DNA of 64,000 bases, from the NCBI GenBank assembly GCA_040398075.1, contig JBBAUR010000011.1, positions 9,144-73,143 of the forward strand. The letters run 5' to 3'. Positions 17,673 to 26,050 of the stretch are shown here, one piece after another. The DNA comes from Bdellovibrionota bacterium (GTDB lineage: Bacteria; Bdellovibrionota_C; UBA2361; OMII01). The notes under the pieces are model-generated. The model was not told the DNA's origin. It did no database searches and worked only from the letters and a program-made list of their open reading frames with translations. A program made the position numbers and the translations under genes. How positions within the stretch are numbered: position 1 is the stretch's first letter; each line of letters opens with the position of its first letter.

Positions 17673-18160
17673 TGAAGCGTTTGTGGCAGCATGCATTCAC
17701 TGGTAAGTGGCACGTTCGGCGGCTTTTGAGCGTCGAGGCACGCAAGCGCATAACCGAATGCATTACGGCTTCAGAGAAGGGGCATTCCGGCCAGATTACG
17801 GTTGTCATCGAGGCTACGCCGGGTATGCAGCACGTCTTGAGCGGTAGCACAGCGCGCGAGCGCGCATTACAGGTGTTTGCTCGTGAGCGGGTCTGGGACA
17901 CTCGGTACAACAACGGGGTACTGCTGTATCTCTTGGTTGCCGAAAGAGATGCCGAGATCGTAGCCGATAGGGGCTTGAACGGTCACGTTACGACTCAACA
18001 GTGGGGGGAGATCTGTCGTGCTTTGGAGCGAGATGTTCAACAGCAGGGATTCGTTTCGGCGGTGTGTGGAGCGGTTCATGGGATCGGGGTGTTGTTACGC
18101 ACGCTGTTTCCCACAGACGGATCTTCCAATGAGCTTTCTGATGAGGTCGTGATACGCTAA
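17672..18160 (+). CDS. second TPM-domain protein (163 aa)
   Basis: The ATG overlaps the upstream stop (ATGA). GQITVVIEATPGMQHVLSGSTARERALQVFARERVWDTRYNNGVLLYLLVAERDAEIVADRGL resembles the TPM fold. It is the third gene of the lemA-TPM-TPM trio. Confidence 0.5.
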   Translation: MKRLWQHAFTGKWHVRRLLSVEARKRITECITASEKGHSGQITVVIEATPGMQHVLSGSTARERALQVFARERVWDTRYNNGVLLYLLVAERDAEIVADRGLNGHVTTQQWGEICRALERDVQQQGFVSAVCGAVHGIGVLLRTLFPTDGSSNELSDEVVIR

Positions 18161-18173
18161 CTGGGACTCAGCA

Positions 18174-19205
18174 CTAAGCGGAACGACGAGCCAGCACGGT
18201 ATGCACACCTGCTTGGCCAGCGCATTCTAGACACAGATTGCACAGCTCCCAAGCGGCACGGTCGAGTTCGGCCCGTGAGATCTTCTCGGAGGCGACCGAT
18301 GTTGTTCCGCTGGTACCTGGCCCGTAGAGCATGACGTGCGGAAAATGTGGGGCATAAATGGGGCAGGCCGAGCCGAACTCAACATCGATACTAGAGCTTT
18401 CGTAACGGGCTGGGACGAAGAGCTTTGTTGGCTCGCGTTGAGTTTTAACCTCCATTCGAGCATGCGTGACGGCGTCAGATATCAGCGCCAAACTGTATTC
18501 AGAGCTGCACCTGTATGTAACGGCGATGGCCGCAGTCGCGCGTTCCGCCGTGCTCGTAGCAGTGCTACCACCGGAGATAAGCCCTACGTTTATCCGTAGA
18601 TCAGGGTGTACGATTCGGGTCAGAGCTTGGAGGTCCTCGATCAGCAGGTGTACAGCGGACCCGGTGTTGGCTGTGGCTGTGCCTACCGAGGATTGATCTA
18701 CGACCAGGTCGAGTGTAAGGCTACCCCAACACCTGCGCACAAAGCGGTTTGCGGTTGGCTCTCCGTTTATGAGGAACTCTGTCTTGGGATTGTTACGGAC
18801 GAGCGCTTGTGCTCCTATCCCGTCTATCTCCTGGCCAATTACGTAGTGACAGCAGAAGTCTTCGAGACCGGCCTCTACAGCGCGAGTCAAACCCCACAGT
18901 TGGCCGACTATCTGCCCCTTAGCGCTGCAAGCACCGCGACCGGAGATCTGCTCGTCATCAATTGCCACAGGGATCCATCCGGGTGAAGTATCGAGATAGG
19001 ACGTCAGGGTGAATTGCGGCGTTCCGCACACCATGCGGACGTTGCACCGCTTCTCTGTGACCGGAACCAGCTCTACGGAGGCGCAGGGGAACTGGGATGA
19101 AAGGAGCTCTTGAAGCGCTCGAGCCGCTTCGATCTCGTCGCCTGAAACGGAGGGTATCTCCAGCAGTTCGACGAGCGCTCTTTCCCAGAAGTGAACCTTT
19201 TTCAT
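18174..19205 (-). CDS. M20 family metallopeptidase/deacylase (ArgE/DapE-like)
   Basis: Start at MKKVHFWERALVELLEIPSVSGDEIEAARAL, a typical M20 N-terminus, with an M20 catalytic and dimerisation domain layout over about 343 aa. Confidence 0.6.
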   Translation of the reverse strand: MKKVHFWERALVELLEIPSVSGDEIEAARALQELLSSQFPCASVELVPVTEKRCNVRMVCGTPQFTLTSYLDTSPGWIPVAIDDEQISGRGACSAKGQIVGQLWGLTRAVEAGLEDFCCHYVIGQEIDGIGAQALVRNNPKTEFLINGEPTANRFVRRCWGSLTLDLVVDQSSVGTATANTGSAVHLLIEDLQALTRIVHPDLRINVGLISGGSTATSTAERATAAIAVTYRCSSEYSLALISDAVTHARMEVKTQREPTKLFVPARYESSSIDVEFGSACPIYAPHFPHVMLYGPGTSGTTSVASEKISRAELDRAAWELCNLCLECAGQAGVHTVLARRSA

Positions 19206-19748
19206 CGTCACACCTCTTTGTGCTTGCGTGGTCGGACAAGCCCTTCCACGAGAGACCGTATCGCGCATACAGAAGGTACCATATATGGGCGGACAGGAGC
19301 CGGAGGTAGAGAACTCAGACGCAGCGGCGGAAGGCACTAAAAGCCGGAAAGGGGACACTTTTTAGCGGCTGTGTAAGGGCGGAATGTGAGTGCAATCTGG
19401 CTCGCCACGGCATCGTCAGAAACTCTCCGGAGGTCTACTCTCCAGGACTACCAGCTGGATCTTCCAGCCCACGGCAGGCTCTCTAGTCATGTCTTAAACG
19501 TACTAATAGCGGCTCAAATAGACTAGACTACTGAGAATATTGAACAACTTGTTGAATAACGGCATTTGATCCCGTAATATCCGCGCAGGTTGTTCTGCCT
19601 GATTTGGTAGACCGTTAACGCGAGATGCCTACCCCTTCGGAATACGCACCTCCCGCTGTCTGTAATCGGTCCGCCACCTGTTGTTGCTTCTAAAAATTTT
19701 TGCTGTGGCCTAAAGCCCTCGTAATTCGTGTGTGAGGAAGGTCGTTCT

Positions 19749-20822
19749 ATGCTTTCTTGTTCGCTTGTCCGTAATGTGAAAGTTGTGGCCCGTTTTGTGG
19801 TGGTCGCTATAGTTGTGGGTGCTCTGATCGGAGGCCGAGTAGCGCTAGCCGATGGTAACTCTGCATCCATCCAGGTCGGCAACACGTCTGGAGGGTGTAG
19901 TGGCCCGGGTTGTGGCAACGGTTGTGAAAACGGCGACTGCAGTGGGAAGAAGAGGGGCTGTAGTGGAGGGCAGTGTAACAGCGGCTCTCACATGATTCAG
20001 CAGGAGGACAACGACAACAACAATAATAACAACACCACGAACAACTACTTCGGTTGTGCAGGTGGTTCGTGCAACCCGTGCAGAGGGGGTGGTTGCGGTG
20101 GTGGATCGGTGTTCGGTGGAGGTGGTTTTCTCGGAGGTGGCCGCCTGCTCGGTCTTGGAACTATCGGTCTTGTCACCGGGCTCATCCTGAGCAACAACAA
20201 TCGCCAAGGATCGACGATCATCAATAACAACAACAACAACTATTACGGCTGTTGTGGCAAACCAACGCCGGCGCCGACTATCCCCATCTTCCCAACGCTG
20301 CCCTTCCCGCCAGCCACCGTAACACCGGTGTGTACGAGCACTCCGGCGCCTACTACAACGCCATACCCAACGGTGACCCCGCAACCCACCGTGACTCCAC
20401 ACCCAACGGTGACCCCGCAACCGACGGTGACCTCGCAACCGACGGTCACCCCGCAACCGACGGTCACCCCGCATCAAACTGCGACACCGGAGTCCACAAA
20501 GACGCCTCAACCGACAGTCACTCCACACGTAACTGCGACACCGGAGCCTTCGTGTACAGCGGTACCCACAGTAGTACCGACGGAAACACCGTGTCCGACC
20601 AATACCCCGCTTGGTACGATCCCTGGGGTGCTGCCGACACCTCCAGGTCTTCCGCCAGTGAAAAAATACGAAACGCCCCATCCTGCTCCGCACAGCGCGA
20701 GCGGTACGTCACTCAAGGATGTTCAGATGATGCTTTCGGGGTCGCAATCGGTACTGCCGGTGCCAGCAGCGCGCGCTGGCCGTCCTGCGGCCTTCATGGA
20801 CGTGCGTGTTGACCAGTTCTAA
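19749..20822 (+). CDS. secreted Cys/Gly/Asn-rich low-complexity protein with PTVTPQ tandem repeats
   Basis: Signal-like N-terminus (VVARFVVVAIVVGALIGGRVALA), GCxGxGC-type Cys/Gly motifs, poly-Asn tracts (NDNNNNNNTTNNY, NNNNNNYYGCCG), and at least six tandem PTVTPQ/PTVTPH units followed by Pro/Thr-rich sequence. Confidence 0.5.
   Translation: MLSCSLVRNVKVVARFVVVAIVVGALIGGRVALADGNSASIQVGNTSGGCSGPGCGNGCENGDCSGKKRGCSGGQCNSGSHMIQQEDNDNNNNNNTTNNYFGCAGGSCNPCRGGGCGGGSVFGGGGFLGGGRLLGLGTIGLVTGLILSNNNRQGSTIINNNNNNYYGCCGKPTPAPTIPIFPTLPFPPATVTPVCTSTPAPTTTPYPTVTPQPTVTPHPTVTPQPTVTSQPTVTPQPTVTPHQTATPESTKTPQPTVTPHVTATPEPSCTAVPTVVPTETPCPTNTPLGTIPGVLPTPPGLPPVKKYETPHPAPHSASGTSLKDVQMMLSGSQSVLPVPAARAGRPAAFMDVRVDQF
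20367..20480 (+). repeat. tandem 18-bp repeats (ccaacggtgaccccgcaa-like, at least six copies) inside the Cys-rich CDS
   Basis: Direct reading: ccaacggtgaccccgcaacccaccgtgactccacacccaacggtgaccccgcaaccgacggtgacctcgcaaccgacggtcaccccgcaaccgacggtcaccccgcat. Confidence 0.85.
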
Positions 20823-20987
20823 AGGAAGCAAGGCAAAACCTACCCGTAGCGAGACAGCGGAGGTTCAGCTTGATATTCGATCTTCGTGACGGGGAAAACC
20901 TGCAGATGTATCTGCGAGTCAACTGAGCTCACGTCGGGATAACACCGAGTCCTAACCACTCGATTCCGCAAAGACCCATTATTCTTT

Positions 20988-21009
20988 GAGAGAGAGAGAG
21001 AGAGAGAGA
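20988..21009. repeat. (GA)11 dinucleotide microsatellite in the intergenic region upstream of the radical SAM gene
   Basis: gagagagagagagagagagaga lies 55 bp upstream of the ATG at 21065. Confidence 0.9.
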
Positions 21010-21064
21010 ACAATATGCTCACAGGGCTGGCAGTCAGCCTCGCGATGCGAGAAACTCCTCGCGT

Positions 21065-22597
21065 ATGAGTGAGATCGTCCTGGTAACCCTCAATGCACGC
21101 TTCATCCACGCGTCTGTAGGCCTTCGCTATCTTTTCGCCAACCTAGGCCAGTTGCAGGCGCGGACGCAGATTGCGGAATTCGAGGTAGCGCAGCCGGCTC
21201 GCGAGATAGCTGAGGCTATTTTGGACTGTGAGCCAGTGATAGTGGGTTTTGGGGTCTACATCTGGAACGTCATTCGTACCCGAGAGGTCATCGCGCTTCT
21301 GAAGAAGGTTCGTCCAGAGCTTCTGGTTGTGATCGGCGGCCCCGAGGTCAGCCACGAACACGAGACGCAATCGATCGTGGCGTTAGCCGATTATCTGATC
21401 ACCGGTGAGGCGGATCTTGCGTTTGCCGTTGTGTGTCGGCAACTCCTAGCCGGTGAGAGGCCAGCGACCAAGGTGATCTCGGCGGGATTGCCCTCCTTAG
21501 CTGAAGTACAGCTTCCGTATCGATACTATTCGGATAGCGATATCGCTCATCGGGTCATCTATGTCGAAGCCTCGCGGGGATGTCCGTTTACGTGTGAGTT
21601 CTGTCTATCTTCACTCGATATCCCGGTTCGACAGTTTGACCACGAGCGGGTTTTGCTCTCGCTCGAGGAGCTGTTTCAACGCGGTGCTCGAACATTTAAG
21701 TTCGTCGATCGCACGTTCAACCTGAATGTGCGGATCTCACTCGCCATCTTGTCGTTCTTTCTCGAGCGGATGGAGCCTGGCTTGTTCGTCCACTTCGAGA
21801 TGGTTCCTGACCGTTTTCCGCCGCAGTTGCGAGAGGTGGTCAAGAGATTTCCGCCTGGAAGTCTACAGCTCGAGATCGGGGTACAGACCCTCAATCCCGA
21901 GGTGAGCGTCAACATAAGCCGTCGGCAGGACGTTGCAAAGTTGCAGGAAAACCTATCGTTCCTTCGCACTGAAACATCGGCCTACCTGCATGTGGATCTC
22001 ATAGCAGGCCTTCCGGGTGAGACGCTTCAGAGCTTCGCCGAAGGATTTGATGCCCTTGTAGCGCTCGATCCGCACGAGATCCAGGTGGGTATACTGAAGC
22101 GGCTTCGCGGCACAGCAATCGTCCGACACGATCGGGAGTATCAGATGCGCTACTCCGACGAACCACCCTATGAGGTAGTATGCACGCGCGACATGAGTTT
22201 CCGGGAACTGCAGCGAATTGGGAGATTCGCGCGGTACTGGGACCTGGTCGCCAACAGTGGAAATTTCGTATCCTCCAAGCGATTCATCCTGGCTTCGCGA
22301 AGATCGGCGTTTGAGGCGTTCATGCTCTTCAGTGAGTGGTTGTTTGGCCAGGTCGGACGTCGCGCTTCGATCAACCTGCGTACCTTGACAGAATTGGTTT
22401 TCCGCTACGTGATTGAGGAGTGTGCGGTGCGGCAGGAGGAGCTTGGTCCGTTGCTGGTAGGGGATTACATCCGAGGTGGACGACGAGATCTTCCAAAGGT
22501 CCTGAAGCCGTTTGTGACCGAAGAGTTAGTAGCTCCTGTGCGAGCGCCGTTAGCGCTCAAGCGTCAGCAACGCGCGGCTGGTATTGAGGGTGCTTGA
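21065..22597 (+). CDS. B12-binding-domain radical SAM protein (DUF4080-like C-terminus)
   Basis: The N-terminal B12-binding-like region (IVLVTLNARFIHASVGLRYL...VIVGGPEVSHE) is followed by the radical SAM CxxxCxxC motif (EASRGCPFTCEFCLS) and a C-terminal extension of about 180 aa. Confidence 0.7.
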   Translation: MSEIVLVTLNARFIHASVGLRYLFANLGQLQARTQIAEFEVAQPAREIAEAILDCEPVIVGFGVYIWNVIRTREVIALLKKVRPELLVVIGGPEVSHEHETQSIVALADYLITGEADLAFAVVCRQLLAGERPATKVISAGLPSLAEVQLPYRYYSDSDIAHRVIYVEASRGCPFTCEFCLSSLDIPVRQFDHERVLLSLEELFQRGARTFKFVDRTFNLNVRISLAILSFFLERMEPGLFVHFEMVPDRFPPQLREVVKRFPPGSLQLEIGVQTLNPEVSVNISRRQDVAKLQENLSFLRTETSAYLHVDLIAGLPGETLQSFAEGFDALVALDPHEIQVGILKRLRGTAIVRHDREYQMRYSDEPPYEVVCTRDMSFRELQRIGRFARYWDLVANSGNFVSSKRFILASRRSAFEAFMLFSEWLFGQVGRRASINLRTLTELVFRYVIEECAVRQEELGPLLVGDYIRGGRRDLPKVLKPFVTEELVAPVRAPLALKRQQRAAGIEGA

Positions 22598-22769
22598 ACA
22601 TGAGCAGTAAGGTTCGGGAACAAAAGAACCGATTCCAGCATCGTCCCCAGCGAAACAACGCGAATGCCTTGTTTGGCTGCGCTGACCTCAATGTGCCGGA
22701 GTATGCTCTGTTCACCTTTGTGAGCGCACGGGTATTGATCCGGACCTGCTCGGTTGGAGATAACCAGGG

Positions 22770-24848
22770 GTGAGGAGGGGCTTTAGACTCTTCGAGGGGG
22801 CGTCTGCTCTGGTGCTTTCAGGGGTCTTGGCGACGATGCCGACGCTCGAACGAGACGGTGTAGTTGCGCTAGGGGAGTTGTCATCACGAGGATACTCGGT
22901 GCCGACACCGGACTCTCCGCTCAGGGTTGTTCCCTTCGAGGTTGGATCGGCGTCACATGCTGCTGGTTGGCGACCGGGTGTCGTTTCAATGCGCCCCGAA
23001 CCCGCAGGTGACGTGTCACCATCGGTGTACCTGCGGCATGAGCTCATACATGAGGCGAATTACCGAACGTGTAGAGGCTCGCTGCCAGCTTGGGCAGATG
23101 AGGCAGCGGCGATGGCCTTCAGCGGTGAAGCAAACGAGAGTATCGCAGGCCTACCGAACGAGACCGAGCTGGAGGGGGTGCGTAAGGCTACGCGGCTTCG
23201 CTCACCCCTCATGCCTCAGCATATGCGAACGATAGCGCGGCTCGTCTCGCACTATGGTTGGCCTACCACAGCGTGCGCGGTATCCCCAGATATTGAGAAG
23301 ATTATTGCCCTCGGTGCGCGGCCCTCTGGGGAGCTTTCCTACGTGTTGATGAGCTCTGCAAGCGGTCGGGTACTCGCCGCATCCGGCGATCAAAAGGGGC
23401 AGTACCCGATCGGGTCTCTGATGAAGATCCCATTTGTTGCTAGCTTACGAGAACCGATTACTCACATCGAGGGAGATGCGCTCCTTGCCAGCGATACCGA
23501 TGCACTGGAAAGAGTCGTCGGTCGGCTCGAGTTGTCTCGATTCAGAGCATTCATGCGGGGAGTTGGCGCGACCTGGTTTGATGGCCTCGGGAGTCGTGTG
23601 TTGCTCGGTGAGCGCGACGCCAAAGGGAGATTCCGCTTGGAGTTCTCCCTGCTCGGCACCGCGCGTGTGATTCGCTCCGCACTTCTGAGCTCTCCGCGCG
23701 TATTCTCTGGTTTACGCGCTCAGGGGAGCGATTCGCGCTCGACCCTACACAACGCACCAGCACGCTTTAAAGCGCTGCTGCGTGAGCTCGACGCGGGTGC
23801 GAAAACGGGCAGCGTAACTGACCCCAGGGGAGAACCCCTGATCGGGTATCTGGCGCTCTTCTGGCCTGCGGATTCTCCGACCCTAATCGCCGTGTTCCGC
23901 AAGTCAGGGGTGCGTGGTGCTTCGCTGGCAGAATCTGTGCTGCCACTCCTCGAACGTTGGAAAGGGGAGTTTCGAGCCGCAGAGATAGACGTTCAAGTGG
24001 CGCTGCTCTCGCAGTTACCCAGGACCGCGTGGTCTGTGCGCGCTTTTGAGGGAATACCGGGATGCCACGAGGAGAAACTTCCCAGTGCCGAGCGGACGAC
24101 ATCGTGCGGTGTTTGGATGATCGAAACCCGCGCGCTACGTGCGCGCGCCACCCGACTAGTGGCCGGTATCATAAGTCCTGACGAAACGAGGCTTAAGACG
24201 GACCGCGAAACCTATGCGGATGCCGTGGTCACAAGCGAGGGCGATGATCTGCCTCGCGCAGCTCGGCAGGCACTGCGAACGGTTGTGGTGTGGAATGCGC
24301 TTCACGGCGGACACGTTCGAGGGGATTCGCAGACAGGTTTGTGTGATACGACGCATTGTATGGTGTTTCTCGGGCACCCCATCGAGGGGCACTCCGTCTT
24401 CGAAAGAGCTCCGGAGAAGCTCGATCCGGCGTGCCTGTCCCTGTTTCAGAACAACCGCGCACAGCACGGTAATTGGTTTCCCTTTTCTGTAGGAGGAAGC
24501 TCTTCGTGGGAGCGTCTCATCCCTGAGGCGCGCCTTGCACGCATAGTCGGGGAACCATTGGTGCTGGATGTAAGGCGCGAGCTCAGGCGGAGCGGCGATG
24601 TGTTCCTGCGCTTCACGTACGGTGCAGGAGAGGAGAGCGTTCCGTGCGACAAGGTTATGACGTTGCTCGACCTTCCCTCGTGTCCCGACGCTGTTCGGCA
24701 CGATGCGGCGCAAAGCTACGTATTCTCCGGAATGGGGAAGGGGCACGGAATGGGATTATCGTTAGAACGAGCGCGGCAGCTCGCACTCAGGGGCGAGGGT
24801 GCAGCGGAGATACTGCAGGACGCAATCACTTCCGAGCCGACGGACTAG
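22770..24848 (+). CDS. SpoIID/LytB-domain protein with an N-terminal HExxH-containing region (692 aa)
   Basis: The C-terminal region contains LHGGHVRGDSQTGLCDTTHCMVFLG, the DTTHCQVY-like SpoIID signature. The N-terminal region contains YLRHELIHEANY...WADEAAAM, an HExxH plus downstream E arrangement that resembles a gluzincin motif. Confidence 0.6.
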   Translation: MRRGFRLFEGASALVLSGVLATMPTLERDGVVALGELSSRGYSVPTPDSPLRVVPFEVGSASHAAGWRPGVVSMRPEPAGDVSPSVYLRHELIHEANYRTCRGSLPAWADEAAAMAFSGEANESIAGLPNETELEGVRKATRLRSPLMPQHMRTIARLVSHYGWPTTACAVSPDIEKIIALGARPSGELSYVLMSSASGRVLAASGDQKGQYPIGSLMKIPFVASLREPITHIEGDALLASDTDALERVVGRLELSRFRAFMRGVGATWFDGLGSRVLLGERDAKGRFRLEFSLLGTARVIRSALLSSPRVFSGLRAQGSDSRSTLHNAPARFKALLRELDAGAKTGSVTDPRGEPLIGYLALFWPADSPTLIAVFRKSGVRGASLAESVLPLLERWKGEFRAAEIDVQVALLSQLPRTAWSVRAFEGIPGCHEEKLPSAERTTSCGVWMIETRALRARATRLVAGIISPDETRLKTDRETYADAVVTSEGDDLPRAARQALRTVVVWNALHGGHVRGDSQTGLCDTTHCMVFLGHPIEGHSVFERAPEKLDPACLSLFQNNRAQHGNWFPFSVGGSSSWERLIPEARLARIVGEPLVLDVRRELRRSGDVFLRFTYGAGEESVPCDKVMTLLDLPSCPDAVRHDAAQSYVFSGMGKGHGMGLSLERARQLALRGEGAAEILQDAITSEPTD

Positions 24849-25037
24849 CTTAGAGTGCGTAACAAAAAATGAACCTCGTAGCGAGGATGAGCGAAATCGG
24901 CAGCGACGAGGATACAGGCTACAAAGGCGCGGAGACGTGCCCTCTGCGGCACGTTGAGCACCTTTTTGGTCGAAGACGAAGTCGCTGGCGATCGCAGCCA
25001 TCCGTAGCAGAGGGGCATTTTTGTTACGCACTCTTAG
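24849..25037 (-). repeat. MITE-like element R1, copy 2 (inverted relative to copy 1)
   Basis: Its reverse complement aligns to 14581-14769 with about 11 mismatches. For example, 24941-24980 reverse-complemented reads gaccaaaaaggtgctcaacgtgccgcagagggcacgtctc, against ggcaaaaaaggtgctcaacgtgccgctgagggcacgtctc in copy 1. Confidence 0.85.
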
Positions 25038-25263
25038 TCTAGTTTCTGTCCGCCAGGACAGAAGCCAAAGAAAACAAGACCTTTTTCGCTTCTCGAAAAG
25101 ATTCAGTATTCACCAGCGACATTCGCTTACTCTGTTTGAAGACGCGAAAAACCTCAATTTTTTAGCAGCGACCCGGAATTATCGATGAAGATCTTTTTGC
25201 TTCGCAGGGGATATAAGCGAGAGTTCGTATGGAAATCGGTGTTTCCGGACAGAAACTAGTCTG
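25038..25263. repeat. MITE-like element R2 (about 225 bp, 15-nt terminal inverted repeats CTAGTTTCTGTCCGG), directly abutting R1 copy 2
   Basis: The 5' end tCTAGTTTCTGTCCGccagg pairs with the 3' end tttCCGGACAGAAACTAGtctgg. A partial related copy is at 40195-40295. Confidence 0.75.
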
Positions 25264-25302
25264 GCGAGTATAGTTGTCTTCAGCGGGTCTTTATCAGGAG
25301 CT

Positions 25303-25894
25303 GCTCTTCTATTCCTGTTCGCGAGAGGAAACTCCGTAGTCGCTGGAATTGTGGGAAGAGTTTTGCGAGCGCCGGCTTGGTGATGAGCGGAGATACTCGG
25401 GTAGGCGGGCTCTCCAAGCGGTAGAGTATTTCGTCCTCGGGGAGTAGCTCAAAGTGCAGCGGTGACTCCGGCATGAGCGCAGTCGTCCATACGGAGAGGT
25501 GCAGAAGTGCCCCAGGGCGAGTCATGCGTTCCACGCACTGCGCTAGGTGCATACGCTGCCGCATCGGTAAGTAGTTTATGAGGTCCCACATCATCACCAC
25601 TTCACAAGCGCTTTGAAAACCGAGTTGTGCGATTCTGTCGACAGCAGCCGTGAGTGTGTGCTCACTTGAAGCCCCTCTGCAGATATCGTTACGAAGATCC
25701 TCTACGGATACCTTGGTGTCGAAGCGTGAGTAGTATTCCACCGTGTTGGAACTTGGTGAGCCCAAATCGAGAACGATGGGCGATTCGATGTGCGAGAGTG
25801 CCGATGATATATCTGCGAGCAGGGGCGAGTGGTAAGGTACCCAACGATTAGGGGTGTAAAGCAGTTTTTTTGATGCCTGTTCTCTGACGAGCAT
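25303..25894 (-). CDS. hypothetical protein, possibly a degenerate class I methyltransferase-like fold
   Basis: Start chosen at MLVREQ. IVLDLG followed by an acidic VEDL, and VVMMWDLINYL, loosely resemble SAM-methyltransferase motifs I, II and IV. The canonical GxGxG motif is absent. Confidence 0.3.
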
Positions 25895-26050
25895 AGTGTC
25901 TTCTCTAGTCCGATACGTGCATAGCGCTCTCTGACTTAGATGGCATGGGCTTTGAGTCGATGCCCAAAAAATGCAATTTCCTCGTGTCTTTTGGGGTGTT
26001 TCTGTGCGACAAACAACAGGATCTGTTTGGACATCATATCGCAAGGCGGT

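Noticed and set aside
17354-18160. 268-aa ORF starting at 17354
   Set aside because: Its first 106 codons overlap the preceding TPM gene in another frame with an Arg/Gly-rich composition. The real gene begins at the ATG at 17672, which overlaps the upstream stop.
19845-20693. 282-aa and shorter antisense ORFs (for example 20243..20467 -) inside the Cys-rich repeat gene
   Set aside because: Low-complexity Arg/Cys/Gly-rich translations generated by the Pro/Thr repeat DNA on the opposite strand. There is no independent start or RBS context, so the sense-strand secreted protein is preferred.
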